Made by a program: the position numbers and the translations under genes. Positions 29,436-39,291 of a stretch of 64,000 nt of DNA are shown here, piece after piece. A model generated the notes under the pieces. The model searched no databases, was not told where the DNA came from, and saw nothing but the letters and a program-made list of their open reading frames with translations. Every line of letters begins with the position of its first letter. Position 1 is the stretch's first letter. The stretch spans positions 8,764 to 72,763 of the forward strand of contig JAHFFT010000005.1 in the NCBI GenBank assembly GCA_023247795.1, read 5' to 3'. Origin of the DNA: Candidatus Omnitrophota bacterium (lineage in GTDB: Bacteria > Omnitrophota > Gorgyraeia > Zapsychrales > JANLHA01).

Positions 29436-30209
29436 CTATTTAATTTTTCTCTTGAACCAAAAACATCCGCATCCGTATTCCTGTTGATCGGCTAATTCTG
29501 GAGATGCGTTCTCGATGAGTCCATCCGTCTTAACATCATCGGGAATTAAAGCAAATTGCAGCAATTCAAAGTCATCATAATAAGATATGATTTGTTTATA
29601 ACTGTAAATACGATGAGCATTGAACATAATTTTGGGACGGCCGATCGGAACGACAAATAGTAGATTCCCGTGAGGCGCTAGGACTCGTTTTAGTTCTGAG
29701 ATAGCCTTCAAATCTGCATCAGGATTGATGGGGTCTCCGTAACGCCCAAGTCCCACGTGCTCAATGACATGCATACACGAAAGCGAATCCAATGAACCAT
29801 CAGGAAATGGCAGAGATAAAAGATCTGCGAATCCTACCTCTAGACTAGTTAATTTTATACCTGGTGGACGATAGTCATAAAATTTGATAGGAATAAACGC
29901 TGATACAAGGGTGGTAAAATAAAGAGATGATGAAATATCAATGTGTTCCTTAGGTTTTGTCTTGGAAAGAATCCTTGCCGCCCAGCCTGTATGAAAAATA
30001 TAGTGCCGATCAAAAGGTGTGTCGGATGTTCGATCAAATAAACAAGGATAACGGTCAGACCATTTGAGGGCAAAACGGGTATTGCCATTTTGAGATTCAA
30101 AACGCTGAAAATCTTGCATAAACCATGGATAATTCCAAACATATTCTATGATCTGAGAAATCGTCCGTAGGATGATTTTTTTTCTATTTAAGAATTGCAA
30201 AATGTTCAT
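29436..30209 (-). CDS. DUF268-like SAM-dependent methyltransferase-fold protein
   Basis: SLSCMHVIEHVGLGRYGDPINPDAD, FNAHRIY. Confidence 0.75.
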   Translation of the reverse strand: MNILQFLNRKKIILRTISQIIEYVWNYPWFMQDFQRFESQNGNTRFALKWSDRYPCLFDRTSDTPFDRHYIFHTGWAARILSKTKPKEHIDISSSLYFTTLVSAFIPIKFYDYRPPGIKLTSLEVGFADLLSLPFPDGSLDSLSCMHVIEHVGLGRYGDPINPDADLKAISELKRVLAPHGNLLFVVPIGRPKIMFNAHRIYSYKQIISYYDDFELLQFALIPDDVKTDGLIENASPELADQQEYGCGCFWFKRKIK

Positions 30210-30407
30210 TTAAAAAATTTATCCTAGTGTGGTGTTTCTAAGACTTCTTTTCATTTGGAAATTTTAGCCAAGATCTTCTCAAGTGTACCTGGAATCAAGA
30301 GTGACGTTTTAACCACGATTGCACACGTTTATGGTTCTATATTCCGTAATTGTCGATGAACGGTTACCCGGATGACACCCAATTGTTGAGCAACATTGCG
30401 AATGAAC

Positions 30408-30956
30408 TGCCCCCCAGCAGAGCTGCGAGGTATCTTTTCCCTGATTCGCTGATCACACACCTTCAAACAAGACCAATTGGTCGCGGTGAAGTCGTTTATA
30501 TTTTTTGCCTTAATTCTCAACATACGCTTGTATGACTTTCTCATTCCCATACCGCCCAACCGTATTCATGTAAAATCCACTCGTCCAGAAATGTCCACCC
30601 CACAACACCTTCTTAACTTCTTTATGCCTTTTGAATATCTCTTTCGCCGATACACTCTTCATTATTTGAACTATCCTGCTCGGCATCATCGCTGGAACAC
30701 TTTGAATCAAAAAATGCACGTGATCTTCATCCGTTCCAATCTCCACGTACTAAATCTCATACCGCTGACTGATAACCTCGCATACTTCTTTTAGCGTCAC
30801 CTCCACCGCATCGCTAAAAACTTCATTACGATACTTCACCGGTACCACCAAATGGTACAACAACAAAGTCTTGTTATGTCGTCTGATAATATGCTCGCTC
30901 ACGCGATCATATTATCATGACCCCGGAGCAAGCTCCGAGGAATTCTTTTGATTAAA
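30408..30956 (-). mobile_element. IS200-type element (tnpA only), inactive
   Basis: Related subterminal hairpins CCTCGGAGCTTGCTCCGGGG (~30921-30940) and CCTCGCAGCTCTGCTGGGGG (~30411-30430) flanking a Y1 transposase; exact ends uncertain. Confidence 0.8.
30453..30902 (-). pseudogene. tnpA: IS200/IS605 Y1 transposase with two in-frame nonsense codons
   Basis: MSEHIIRRHNKTLLLYHLVVPVKYR...RYEI*YVEIGTDEDHVHFL...LWGGHFWTSGFY...AYVEN*GKKY; TAG at 30750-30752, TAA at 30510-30512. Confidence 0.9.
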
Positions 30957-31024
30957 ATTCGACAAAAAAAATTCCCTTCACGACCTCTCATCCCCAGCAA
31001 CGCGCTTGACAAATCGATCATGAT

Positions 31025-31834
31025 TCAGCTCTCACGATAGGCAAAAATGTTAATCTGAAAATCCATCTTCAACTCCTGTCCCCTATTGACAAACGGACAC
31101 TTACGCGCATCAACATTCTTAAGATAATACCGGAATCCATTTCTTGTCAGCAGTGCTAAAATTTGATCCAACTTCTGTTCTCTATGACTCCGACTGTGGC
31201 ATTCAATGAATAAATTCCTTACCTTCTTTAAGGCGTCGCGACAATCCGCAATGACTTCATATTCCGCCCCTTCAATGTCAATTTTAAGCAAATCAACCTG
31301 TTCTTCTTTCGCCAGCCATTCTCCCAATCGAATCGTTTCGACCTGAATGATGGCCCCATCCGTTTGATCAATAGCTCCGCCATCCGCCCCATCCACTCCA
31401 AAACGGACTTTCCCCGATGAGTGCCAAACGGCTTTGTTAAAAACTTCGACATCCAAAATGTTATTGTCCTTCATATTTTTCTGAAAGGCCGCAAAAATAT
31501 TTGGGTCAGCTTCGAAGGCTTTTATTCTTGCGTTTGGGTACAAAATCTTGAAATATAAACAACTTGTTCCAATATTGGCCCCGCAGTCGTAAATCACCGG
31601 ATCCGGTCGATCAGCCGTGAATTTATAAATTTGTTCAAAAAAAATTTCTCTGAATTGCCAAATGAACGAGGCACAGTCCGGAACAAAGAATTGATATCTC
31701 AGGAATCGAATACAGCGGGAGGAATACCGAGGAGACTTCCCAAACCAAAAAAGCAACCATATAAATTCCCGATATTCTTTTGACGTAAAGAAATCATACA
31801 CAGGCAAGGGAATCTCAATTAAAAATCTTTTCAT
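31025..31834 (-). CDS. FkbM-family methyltransferase
   Basis: YDCGANIG, AFEAD, LLKIDIEGAE. Confidence 0.9.
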   Translation of the reverse strand: MKRFLIEIPLPVYDFFTSKEYREFIWLLFWFGKSPRYSSRCIRFLRYQFFVPDCASFIWQFREIFFEQIYKFTADRPDPVIYDCGANIGTSCLYFKILYPNARIKAFEADPNIFAAFQKNMKDNNILDVEVFNKAVWHSSGKVRFGVDGADGGAIDQTDGAIIQVETIRLGEWLAKEEQVDLLKIDIEGAEYEVIADCRDALKKVRNLFIECHSRSHREQKLDQILALLTRNGFRYYLKNVDARKCPFVNRGQELKMDFQINIFAYRES

Positions 31835-31869
31835 TCTTTCCTAAATTAGACAACAACCAAGAATGGATG

Positions 31870-32973
31870 TTACAAATTTCTCGCTATAATTTGCAATAAC
31901 TCATCTGTCCTATGCTCAAAAGTGTGACTTTGCAAGGTTTTCTCTTGACCGGATTTCGCAATTTCTTTACAGATATCAGGATGCTTTAAAAGCCAGCTTG
32001 CCTTCTCCACGGCGTCCTGAGCGGATTTATATGTGATGCATTCTTTACCATCTATAAAAAGATCATTGATATTTTCTTTCCAGTCCGTTAATAAGCATGC
32101 CCCCATACCGGTAGTTTCAAAAAGCCTCATATTAGAAGCAAATTGAAAAGAAGAATCCGCGTGAACATTTAAAACAATTTTTGCATTGCCAATGGTCCTG
32201 TACATATCCAGTCCAAAAACACCATTCTTCAAATTTCTTTTTAAACTAAAATAATTAACAAGTGCTCGCTGCAAGCACAATTTCAGTAAATTAGTCTCAC
32301 TTAAATTGGAACAATATATTGATAAATCACAACTCTCGCTCATTTCCTTTAAAAAACCACTTCTAATATTATGAAATTGCTTCCCAGGCACAATTTGCCC
32401 TATAAAAATGATATCTTCTTTAAAGTCATCATGACCAATATCACTGGAGACCCGATTCTTAATACGAGGGGCAAAAGCGTGATGAAGCTGCTCCGCGTTT
32501 ATCCCTTCATCTTTCAATTTGCAGACAACTTCCGGCGCGCACGAAATGACAAGATGAAGCCGATCAAAGATTTCACGATTTACTATCGCACTACCAGAAT
32601 GTCCTATAAACAATTTAATGCTATTAACATTTGCTTTAATAGACGCTAATAAACTCGTGTCATAACAATTGAAAAAAAGCACATCCGGACTATATTCACA
32701 GATTTGATTCAGGACAATCGAATGAGAAGAAAGATTTTTTAACTTCCTTTCTCTCGCCCAACTCAACTGCATATACTTCGCATTAACAACAATGTCAGAG
32801 CTCTGGACTCCCTTTTCCTGAAGGGCCAATTTAAAGCCATCTGCCCAGGCATAACTGTCATGATAGATCGCCTGCAATTGTTCACTGAACGAAGCTGTTT
32901 GCAATTGTTTATTATTTCTATAGAAAAAATTTAAATACCTGTCGTCATAACTCGATAAAAATAATATTTTCAT
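31870..32973 (-). CDS. CgeB/YkvP-like glycosyltransferase
   Basis: VFGLDMY, KIVLNVH, NMRLFETTGMGACLLTD, HTFEHR. Confidence 0.85.
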   Translation of the reverse strand: MKILFLSSYDDRYLNFFYRNNKQLQTASFSEQLQAIYHDSYAWADGFKLALQEKGVQSSDIVVNAKYMQLSWARERKLKNLSSHSIVLNQICEYSPDVLFFNCYDTSLLASIKANVNSIKLFIGHSGSAIVNREIFDRLHLVISCAPEVVCKLKDEGINAEQLHHAFAPRIKNRVSSDIGHDDFKEDIIFIGQIVPGKQFHNIRSGFLKEMSESCDLSIYCSNLSETNLLKLCLQRALVNYFSLKRNLKNGVFGLDMYRTIGNAKIVLNVHADSSFQFASNMRLFETTGMGACLLTDWKENINDLFIDGKECITYKSAQDAVEKASWLLKHPDICKEIAKSGQEKTLQSHTFEHRTDELLQIIARNL

Positions 32974-32974
32974 G

Positions 32975-33793
32975 TTAACGGACCTTTGTTCTTATAAAAT
33001 CATCGAGGCATTTCTTGTGAACGGCCACGACATTCTGAAAAAGGTATATCTCACAATACATGGGATTATATGGCTCCAATTCCATCAAACCCTTCTTTAG
33101 AATTCTAAAAATTTTGTACTCACTCAGCAGTTCACAAAAATTCAAAAACGAATTTTTTTCCATGATGTTCAACTGGCTAAATTCAAACTGAATAACATGG
33201 ATTTTGCCTTCCCGCAACATCCTTTTTGCACCCAACAAAACCTTCAATTCATTACCTTCAGCATCTATCTTTAATAAATCAATCATTTTAATATTTTCTT
33301 TACCGACAAAATCGTCCAGCGTCTCTATGAAAACATCATGGGTTGCCTCTTCGCTCTTGTGAATTTTTCTTATTACATCACGACACAAAGATGCGTGCGA
33401 TGAGCCATCATTATTTGCGTAGTCATATAATTTTTGTGTACCCGCCCTCTCTCCAAACCCAAAATTGAATGCTTTAAATAAACAGTGTTGCGCGTTTTCC
33501 TGCAATCTTAAATGTGTTTTGGGATGGGGTTCAAATGCATACACTTTTGTCGTAGGATTCATTTGTTTAGCACATTTAGAATACTCACCTGTATAGGCTC
33601 CCACATCAAACACTGTCAAACCATCTTCATCTAAAATATTAGATAAAAAATTTTGTTCTCCACTGCTTCTTAAATTTTTATAGTTTAAAATACCCAGACC
33701 TCTTAACCCAAAATTTAACAGCAACTTATTAAAATTAATAAACATTCTCCTTGAAAAAATGAAACCGTAGAGATCCAATACTTTATCTAACAT
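32975..33793 (-). CDS. FkbM-family methyltransferase
   Basis: VFDVGAYTG, AFEPHP, LLKIDAEGNE, IQFEF. Confidence 0.9.
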   Translation of the reverse strand: MLDKVLDLYGFIFSRRMFINFNKLLLNFGLRGLGILNYKNLRSSGEQNFLSNILDEDGLTVFDVGAYTGEYSKCAKQMNPTTKVYAFEPHPKTHLRLQENAQHCLFKAFNFGFGERAGTQKLYDYANNDGSSHASLCRDVIRKIHKSEEATHDVFIETLDDFVGKENIKMIDLLKIDAEGNELKVLLGAKRMLREGKIHVIQFEFSQLNIMEKNSFLNFCELLSEYKIFRILKKGLMELEPYNPMYCEIYLFQNVVAVHKKCLDDFIRTKVR

Positions 33794-35096
33794 ACAAGCG
33801 CCCCCTCAACACATTGTAAAAAAATAAAGATTTCGATTTCATCTTAAACATAAATCTAGTCTTTCGATCACACAAATCAAATAAATACGTAGCAACAATT
33901 TGGGTAATGAGTGTGGCAAAGGCAGCACCACAAACTCCAAATCGGTTAATGAGGATAAGGTTCAAAAATATATTCACAATGAGCCCGGAAAAAGTTCTAT
34001 AAAACGAAATTCTTGTCAAATTCTCCGAGAGAAGCCACTTGCTACTTGCCACACCCATATAAGTAAATGTTCCCGCGCACATATAAATCTTTAATACCGC
34101 TCCCGCCCCCGCAAATTCTTGGCCAAAAAGCAAAAGAACCATCTGATCCCCCCATAGTAAGAAGGGAATGAGAATGATCACCGATATGACAACCATCAAA
34201 TCAAAAAACTGCTGCAAACGCGAATGATACAATTTTTCGTCAATTTTTTTAGCACTAATGATTGCCGGAAATAAGGAACTTGCTATCGCCATTGGGATAA
34301 AATACCATACTTCGCAAATCCTAACGGCCACTGAATAAATACCTACCGCTTGATCTCCCAATATCGATTTGATCATGAGTTGATCAATTCTCATATAAAT
34401 GGAAATCGCCACACCCGATAAGATCAAAGGAAAAGACGTTTTTAATAATCCTTTAGCAACCTCCATATCAAATTTCCACTTCAACAGAGAATGTCCTTGA
34501 GACAAATATATGCCGACTAGCCCAAGAGCCAATAAAAAACTGTCCACCGGAATCACCAAAGCAAACCAAAGTAAGGAAGACTGATTCAAAATAATGATCA
34601 ACTTTATAATGAACGAAAGCATGGTTTGAGTACACTTAGCAAAAACTACAAATTTAGAAGCCACCCTTGATTGGTAATAAAAATCAATAACATTAAACAT
34701 TGGAAAAAAAACACCTGCGGCCATGATAAGAATCAGCGATGCCGTAAGCTGGTCATGAACCGTGAATTGAACAAAAATAAAAATTAATCCAAAGGCAAGA
34801 AAAGCACCGATCATTTTCAAAAAAAAGGCACTCCCTAACAATACATTTTGCTTTTCTGGCATAGCCAACAAATCTCGAATGACGACCCCTTCCAATCCTA
34901 GTGACTCAAACACAGCAAATAATAATACAAAACTCATGGCGTAATTCAAAAGCCCATAATTCTGGGGCCCCAGATATCGTGCCATAAGCACACCTATTAT
35001 AAATAACATGATAAGATTCACAATCCTCTCAACCATGAGCCAAGAGGTGTTGTAAAAAAATTTTTTGAAATACGCTGGATCAAACTTCTGCATCAA
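33783..35096 (-). CDS. wzx: Wzx-type polysaccharide flippase
   Basis: NTSWLMVE, ARYLGPQNYG, IYMRIDQLMI, GIYSVAVR; about 12 TM helices. Confidence 0.9.
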   Translation of the reverse strand: MMQKFDPAYFKKFFYNTSWLMVERIVNLIMLFIIGVLMARYLGPQNYGLLNYAMSFVLLFAVFESLGLEGVVIRDLLAMPEKQNVLLGSAFFLKMIGAFLAFGLIFIFVQFTVHDQLTASLILIMAAGVFFPMFNVIDFYYQSRVASKFVVFAKCTQTMLSFIIKLIIILNQSSLLWFALVIPVDSFLLALGLVGIYLSQGHSLLKWKFDMEVAKGLLKTSFPLILSGVAISIYMRIDQLMIKSILGDQAVGIYSVAVRICEVWYFIPMAIASSLFPAIISAKKIDEKLYHSRLQQFFDLMVVISVIILIPFLLWGDQMVLLLFGQEFAGAGAVLKIYMCAGTFTYMGVASSKWLLSENLTRISFYRTFSGLIVNIFLNLILINRFGVCGAAFATLITQIVATYLFDLCDRKTRFMFKMKSKSLFFYNVLRGRLYVR

Positions 35097-35101
35097 TTAA
35101 G

Positions 35102-36247
35102 TCAAACGCTTTCCTTGATATTGATGTGTTTAATAATTTTTTCTCCTGATATATTTTTCATACAATCAAACCGACCATGACAGGTCGGAATCGTGTATCC
35201 AAAACGCGTGCAAGGAGCACATTCCAAATCTTCCGTGACCAAAAAATGTCGGTTACTTTTGGGTTGCCATTTCTTAATATTGCCGGGGCCGAAGATCGCA
35301 ATCACAGGTGTCCCGATGCTGCAGGCCAAATGCAACAGACCCGAATCTGGGCCAATGAACAACGAAGTTTTTTGGATCAAGGCGGCACTTTCTTTCAAAG
35401 TCGTTTTTCCAACAAAACTGGAAAGCTTATTCGTGGGAAATTTTTTTTCAAGATCAAGCCCAACATTAAGTACGTCACTGCCCCCTAGCAGTATGACATG
35501 GCGGTTTTGCTCGATGACATAAAAAATGATCTTTTCAATTTGCTGAAAATTCAGTCTTCGAATCGCAATACTGGCCCCTAAAAATATCGCAATGCTTTCC
35601 CGTGGGACACGCACTTCTGCCCAACGGCTGACATCAGCATCAAGCGTCAAACACCCGTCAATTTGTTCGGTAAAAGGTCGCTCAAATAAGAGCGAAGAAA
35701 AAAGTTCTGAAAAATTGTCGAGCTCATATCCATCCCTTTGATAGTCAATTGCCGCATCATAAAACTTGGCGCGTACCGGACGAGTGGCAAATCCAATGGT
35801 GTAAGACGCTGTCGCGTAATAGCTGCAAATGCCAGAAAAATGATGCCACTGTTCTGAATCCACGACAACGTCATAAGCATTTCGAAAAACCTCAAACAAT
35901 TCGTTGAACTCATCGTAGCAATAAATCTGCCTGAGCTGGGATTGCAAAAGCAAGAAAACCTCGCAATTTCGTCGTTCACATAAAATATCGATTTCTAATG
36001 CCGGCCTCTCTGCCTTTAATTTCTTAATGATTGGTATAAGGAAAATAGCGTCGCCTATTCCCCCAGGACGGATGATGAGAATTTTTTTAATTTTTGTTGG
36101 TAGGCGTCGATTCTTTTCTTTCGGTTCCAATATCCAGGCCCAGCCCGCTCCTATCAATAAATCAACAGCTTTCAAAATTTTGATTTTAAGCGGCCCTTCT
36201 GAATAAAAAATATCTTTAAGGGTGATTTTTATCTGGGCGTTACTCAT
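35102..36247 (-). CDS. GT9 glycosyltransferase
   Basis: KILIIRPGGIGD, FIGPDSGLLHLA, IFGPG, CAPC; start set at MSNAQ. Confidence 0.9.
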   Translation of the reverse strand: MSNAQIKITLKDIFYSEGPLKIKILKAVDLLIGAGWAWILEPKEKNRRLPTKIKKILIIRPGGIGDAIFLIPIIKKLKAERPALEIDILCERRNCEVFLLLQSQLRQIYCYDEFNELFEVFRNAYDVVVDSEQWHHFSGICSYYATASYTIGFATRPVRAKFYDAAIDYQRDGYELDNFSELFSSLLFERPFTEQIDGCLTLDADVSRWAEVRVPRESIAIFLGASIAIRRLNFQQIEKIIFYVIEQNRHVILLGGSDVLNVGLDLEKKFPTNKLSSFVGKTTLKESAALIQKTSLFIGPDSGLLHLACSIGTPVIAIFGPGNIKKWQPKSNRHFLVTEDLECAPCTRFGYTIPTCHGRFDCMKNISGEKIIKHINIKESV

Positions 36248-36261
36248 GAAAACCTTTTTGT

Positions 36262-37140
36262 TTAAAAATATAAAAGCAAGACCGAATACATGGCCCACAA
36301 AATGATAGAAATCAACAACGGCTTATCTTGAAACATCATTTCTCCGGGATCCCCTCCGAGCTTTCGCACGTGCACAAGATACAGATACCGAAAAAGCCCA
36401 TAAATGACAAAAAGAAGCGAATAAATCATATTTTGATGCCCCCCTAACCGAAAGGCGACATCAGCCGAAATGGTGTACAGACCATAACAGATGATCGTTA
36501 AGCTGGAACAAATCATGATGATTTGATCCAGCAGATAAACCGAGTAATGAGCTAAAACCGTTCGGTGTTCTGACGCTAAATCCTTCAAAGTTGAAATCTC
36601 ATATCGTCTTTTCGTGAATCCTAAAAAAAGCGCTAATAAAAAAACACAGAGTTGCAGCCACACCGACGGCAAGACCAATGCTGCGTAAGACCCCGCCCAA
36701 ATGCGGATTTGAAAACCGATGGCGACAAAAAAGACATCCAAAATCACGATTTGTTTTGTCAAAAGATTATAGATGAGATGGACGATGATATAGACAACAG
36801 CGATATAAAAAATCATCAAATCGGTCATCCAACAAATCCCCAAACCAACCCCCAACAAAAATAAAATCAAAAGTGTGACCAGCCCAACCGGCAATTTCTT
36901 ACGTGCCAGCGGCCGTTGTGATTTGTCCGGGTGCAAACGATCCTTTTTGCTGTCTAAGAAATCATTGAATACATAAAGTCCACTGGCTAAAAAACAAAAC
37001 CCGGCAAAAGTCGTTGCAACATCGGTCAATAATGCTTTCTGAAAAAGCCCGCCAGAAAAAATCAGCGGCACAAAAATAAAAAAATTTTTGACCCACTGCT
37101 TGATCCTTAACAACCGCCAAATATAAATCAATCGTTCCAT
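36262..37140 (-). CDS. UbiA-family polyprenyl-phosphate phosphoribosyltransferase
   Basis: LRIKQWVKN, YVFNDFLD, DRLHPDKSQRPLA, KRRYE, GLFRYLYL. Confidence 0.85.
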   Translation of the reverse strand: MERLIYIWRLLRIKQWVKNFFIFVPLIFSGGLFQKALLTDVATTFAGFCFLASGLYVFNDFLDSKKDRLHPDKSQRPLARKKLPVGLVTLLILFLLGVGLGICWMTDLMIFYIAVVYIIVHLIYNLLTKQIVILDVFFVAIGFQIRIWAGSYAALVLPSVWLQLCVFLLALFLGFTKRRYEISTLKDLASEHRTVLAHYSVYLLDQIIMICSSLTIICYGLYTISADVAFRLGGHQNMIYSLLFVIYGLFRYLYLVHVRKLGGDPGEMMFQDKPLLISIILWAMYSVLLLYF

Positions 37141-37157
37141 GTTGCTTGCTCCTTTGC

Positions 37158-39101
37158 TTAGGGAATCGAAAAATCACCAATTGAAATGCTGTTTGCTTTT
37201 TCACCGGTTGCCATCGGCTCGATGGGAACCCTATATTGTGTTCGCGGAATGTAAAAAACCAATTCCAGATGATATTGACCTGGGGGCGAAATCGGAAGCT
37301 GCAGCCAATAACGTTCTTGCAGATACTCCCCCTTTTGCCAACGGGATGTCGGGTACCAGGTATATCCAGGAAGATGTGTTGACGCACTAACCAATTCATT
37401 ACCTTTCCTGATCACAATCTCCATCCGGTAATCCTTCAACACAGCGGCGTCCACCTTCCATTCAAAAACAATTGGGATGAGCGCCTTACGCGTCCCAAAA
37501 GACAAATCCGCCTTCACCTGAACTAATTCAATTGTTTTATCGATGAGAAAACTTTGGGCAGCGTTCTCCTCGACGAAGGGATGCTTGGCCCTTTCTAAAA
37601 TTTTTATCCCGGCATTATCTCCGTCCCCCCCATTCCGACCATTCTGAAAAAGGACCGTATTCCCAACAGCATCGAGAACATTCCAATCGGAACTCGCAAA
37701 GAAACGATCAAGCCGCGGAAACGCCCTTTCCGGATGATGATCGATTTCACTGACAATCCAAACATCCTCAAAATCGATCAGGGCAAAATCCACATTGCCG
37801 GGGAATTCATATGGTTTTCCTGAGATCCCTTCGGCTTCATTCAAGACATTCATAAATGCATACAGCTCCCCCCGATGGGAAAGCTGGTCAAGAAAACTTA
37901 ACGTCGCCATGACACTGCTCTTAGGCGGAATCTGATCAATCAGCCGCTGATACAGAGGTGCCTCCTGAACTTTCATCATAGCCAAACGCTCAATGATCCC
38001 AGATCGCTGTTGATACAAATTGATCATGCTCGCCATGGCAAATAGGGTCAGCAATATCCCATATACATAAGGTCTTGTCTTGTTTTTAATGAGTCGAAGG
38101 CTATGAAGGCACGCCAAGAAAATAAACGGCGAAAGTGTGGCGACATAATGATAATAAAGTGTCTGTTCCTGAAACGCTCCCGTCAATAAATGCTGGGCAA
38201 AAAGCGGTAAGATTGGAATCAAAATCTGCGGACTGAACAAAGGCAAAAAAAGCAAAGGCGAAAAAAGGTCTTTCAAATACGTCCATTTGAACGGGGTAAA
38301 AAGCAAATTCGCTATTTTGAAAGGATGAAACAATAAACTATTTGCTATTTCACCGGGAGAAGCTCCTAGCGCACCATAACAGCCTAAATATTGATTAGGT
38401 GAGCCCAGGCCAGATCTTATCATCGGGGTTAATAAAAACATCGAAACAATAAACATTCCGAGACCGAAAAGCAACGGAGTCAGCGTCCATTTCCATTTGT
38501 CCTGCTTTTTAAAAATCACCGCCCAGACACCAAACATGACAATCACCAGTTGAATATTTTCTTTAATCAAGCCAGCAAGAATCATCGTGATGACAAACGG
38601 CTTGAAACGGTCCTTAAAAAAGAAAAAGCACATCAGCATCAATAATCCTACCGCCAGGCTCTCGAAATGGAATTCGTAAAGCAAGGCGTAAACATTCCCG
38701 GGGTACAATAAAAATAGAACAAGGACAATGATTCCGAGTCGGGGATTAACCAAATTTTTGCCGAAAAAATAGAGGACATGTGCCGCGGTCATGAACGAAA
38801 AAACTTTTAAAAAAATCAACGTCAGCGGATGCTGAAAAACGGCATAAATAGGAACAAGTAAAAAAGCGATATACTCCGCGTGATTAGCCAAGAAATTCAT
38901 TCCCAACAAAGAAGAATGGAGTTCTCCCTTGGTCAGGTTCCACATGATTTGGGAATAAAACGCCAAGTCCCAGTCGTAATAGCCAAAGCAATAATATTTA
39001 TAGGTGAGCAGCGTCATCCACAACACAAATGCCGCCAAACAAATCGCTAAAGCCAACCAATCATACCTGTCTAAAATTTTAAATGAAAAATTCTTTTTCA
39101 T
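37158..39101 (-). CDS. DUF2079-like multi-pass membrane protein (probable GT-C) with C-terminal soluble domain
   Basis: WDLAFYSQIMWN, FLANH, YEFHFE, LIKE, YYHY. Confidence 0.75.
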   Translation of the reverse strand: MKKNFSFKILDRYDWLALAICLAAFVLWMTLLTYKYYCFGYYDWDLAFYSQIMWNLTKGELHSSLLGMNFLANHAEYIAFLLVPIYAVFQHPLTLIFLKVFSFMTAAHVLYFFGKNLVNPRLGIIVLVLFLLYPGNVYALLYEFHFESLAVGLLMLMCFFFFKDRFKPFVITMILAGLIKENIQLVIVMFGVWAVIFKKQDKWKWTLTPLLFGLGMFIVSMFLLTPMIRSGLGSPNQYLGCYGALGASPGEIANSLLFHPFKIANLLFTPFKWTYLKDLFSPLLFLPLFSPQILIPILPLFAQHLLTGAFQEQTLYYHYVATLSPFIFLACLHSLRLIKNKTRPYVYGILLTLFAMASMINLYQQRSGIIERLAMMKVQEAPLYQRLIDQIPPKSSVMATLSFLDQLSHRGELYAFMNVLNEAEGISGKPYEFPGNVDFALIDFEDVWIVSEIDHHPERAFPRLDRFFASSDWNVLDAVGNTVLFQNGRNGGDGDNAGIKILERAKHPFVEENAAQSFLIDKTIELVQVKADLSFGTRKALIPIVFEWKVDAAVLKDYRMEIVIRKGNELVSASTHLPGYTWYPTSRWQKGEYLQERYWLQLPISPPGQYHLELVFYIPRTQYRVPIEPMATGEKANSISIGDFSIP

Positions 39102-39291
39102 TTGAGATGTTGAATGTGGCTATCGACGAAGAGCGTCTATGAAATAACACTTAAAAGTACTGCTATATATTTAAGTATATGAGGGGATTTTGGGGTTTGC
39201 AAACGAATAAGTGATAAATTTCGGTTGCCGATAGGGCAGCAACTGGATCAAGATGAATATTCTTCAATTAAATATTGGGAAGGCCCACAGG

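Noticed and set aside
30453-30902. Stop-codon recoding suggested by in-frame TAG and TAA in tnpA
   Set aside because: TAG, TAA and TGA all end intact genes here (hemL ends in TAG), and the stops are confined to an IS; simple pseudogenisation fits.
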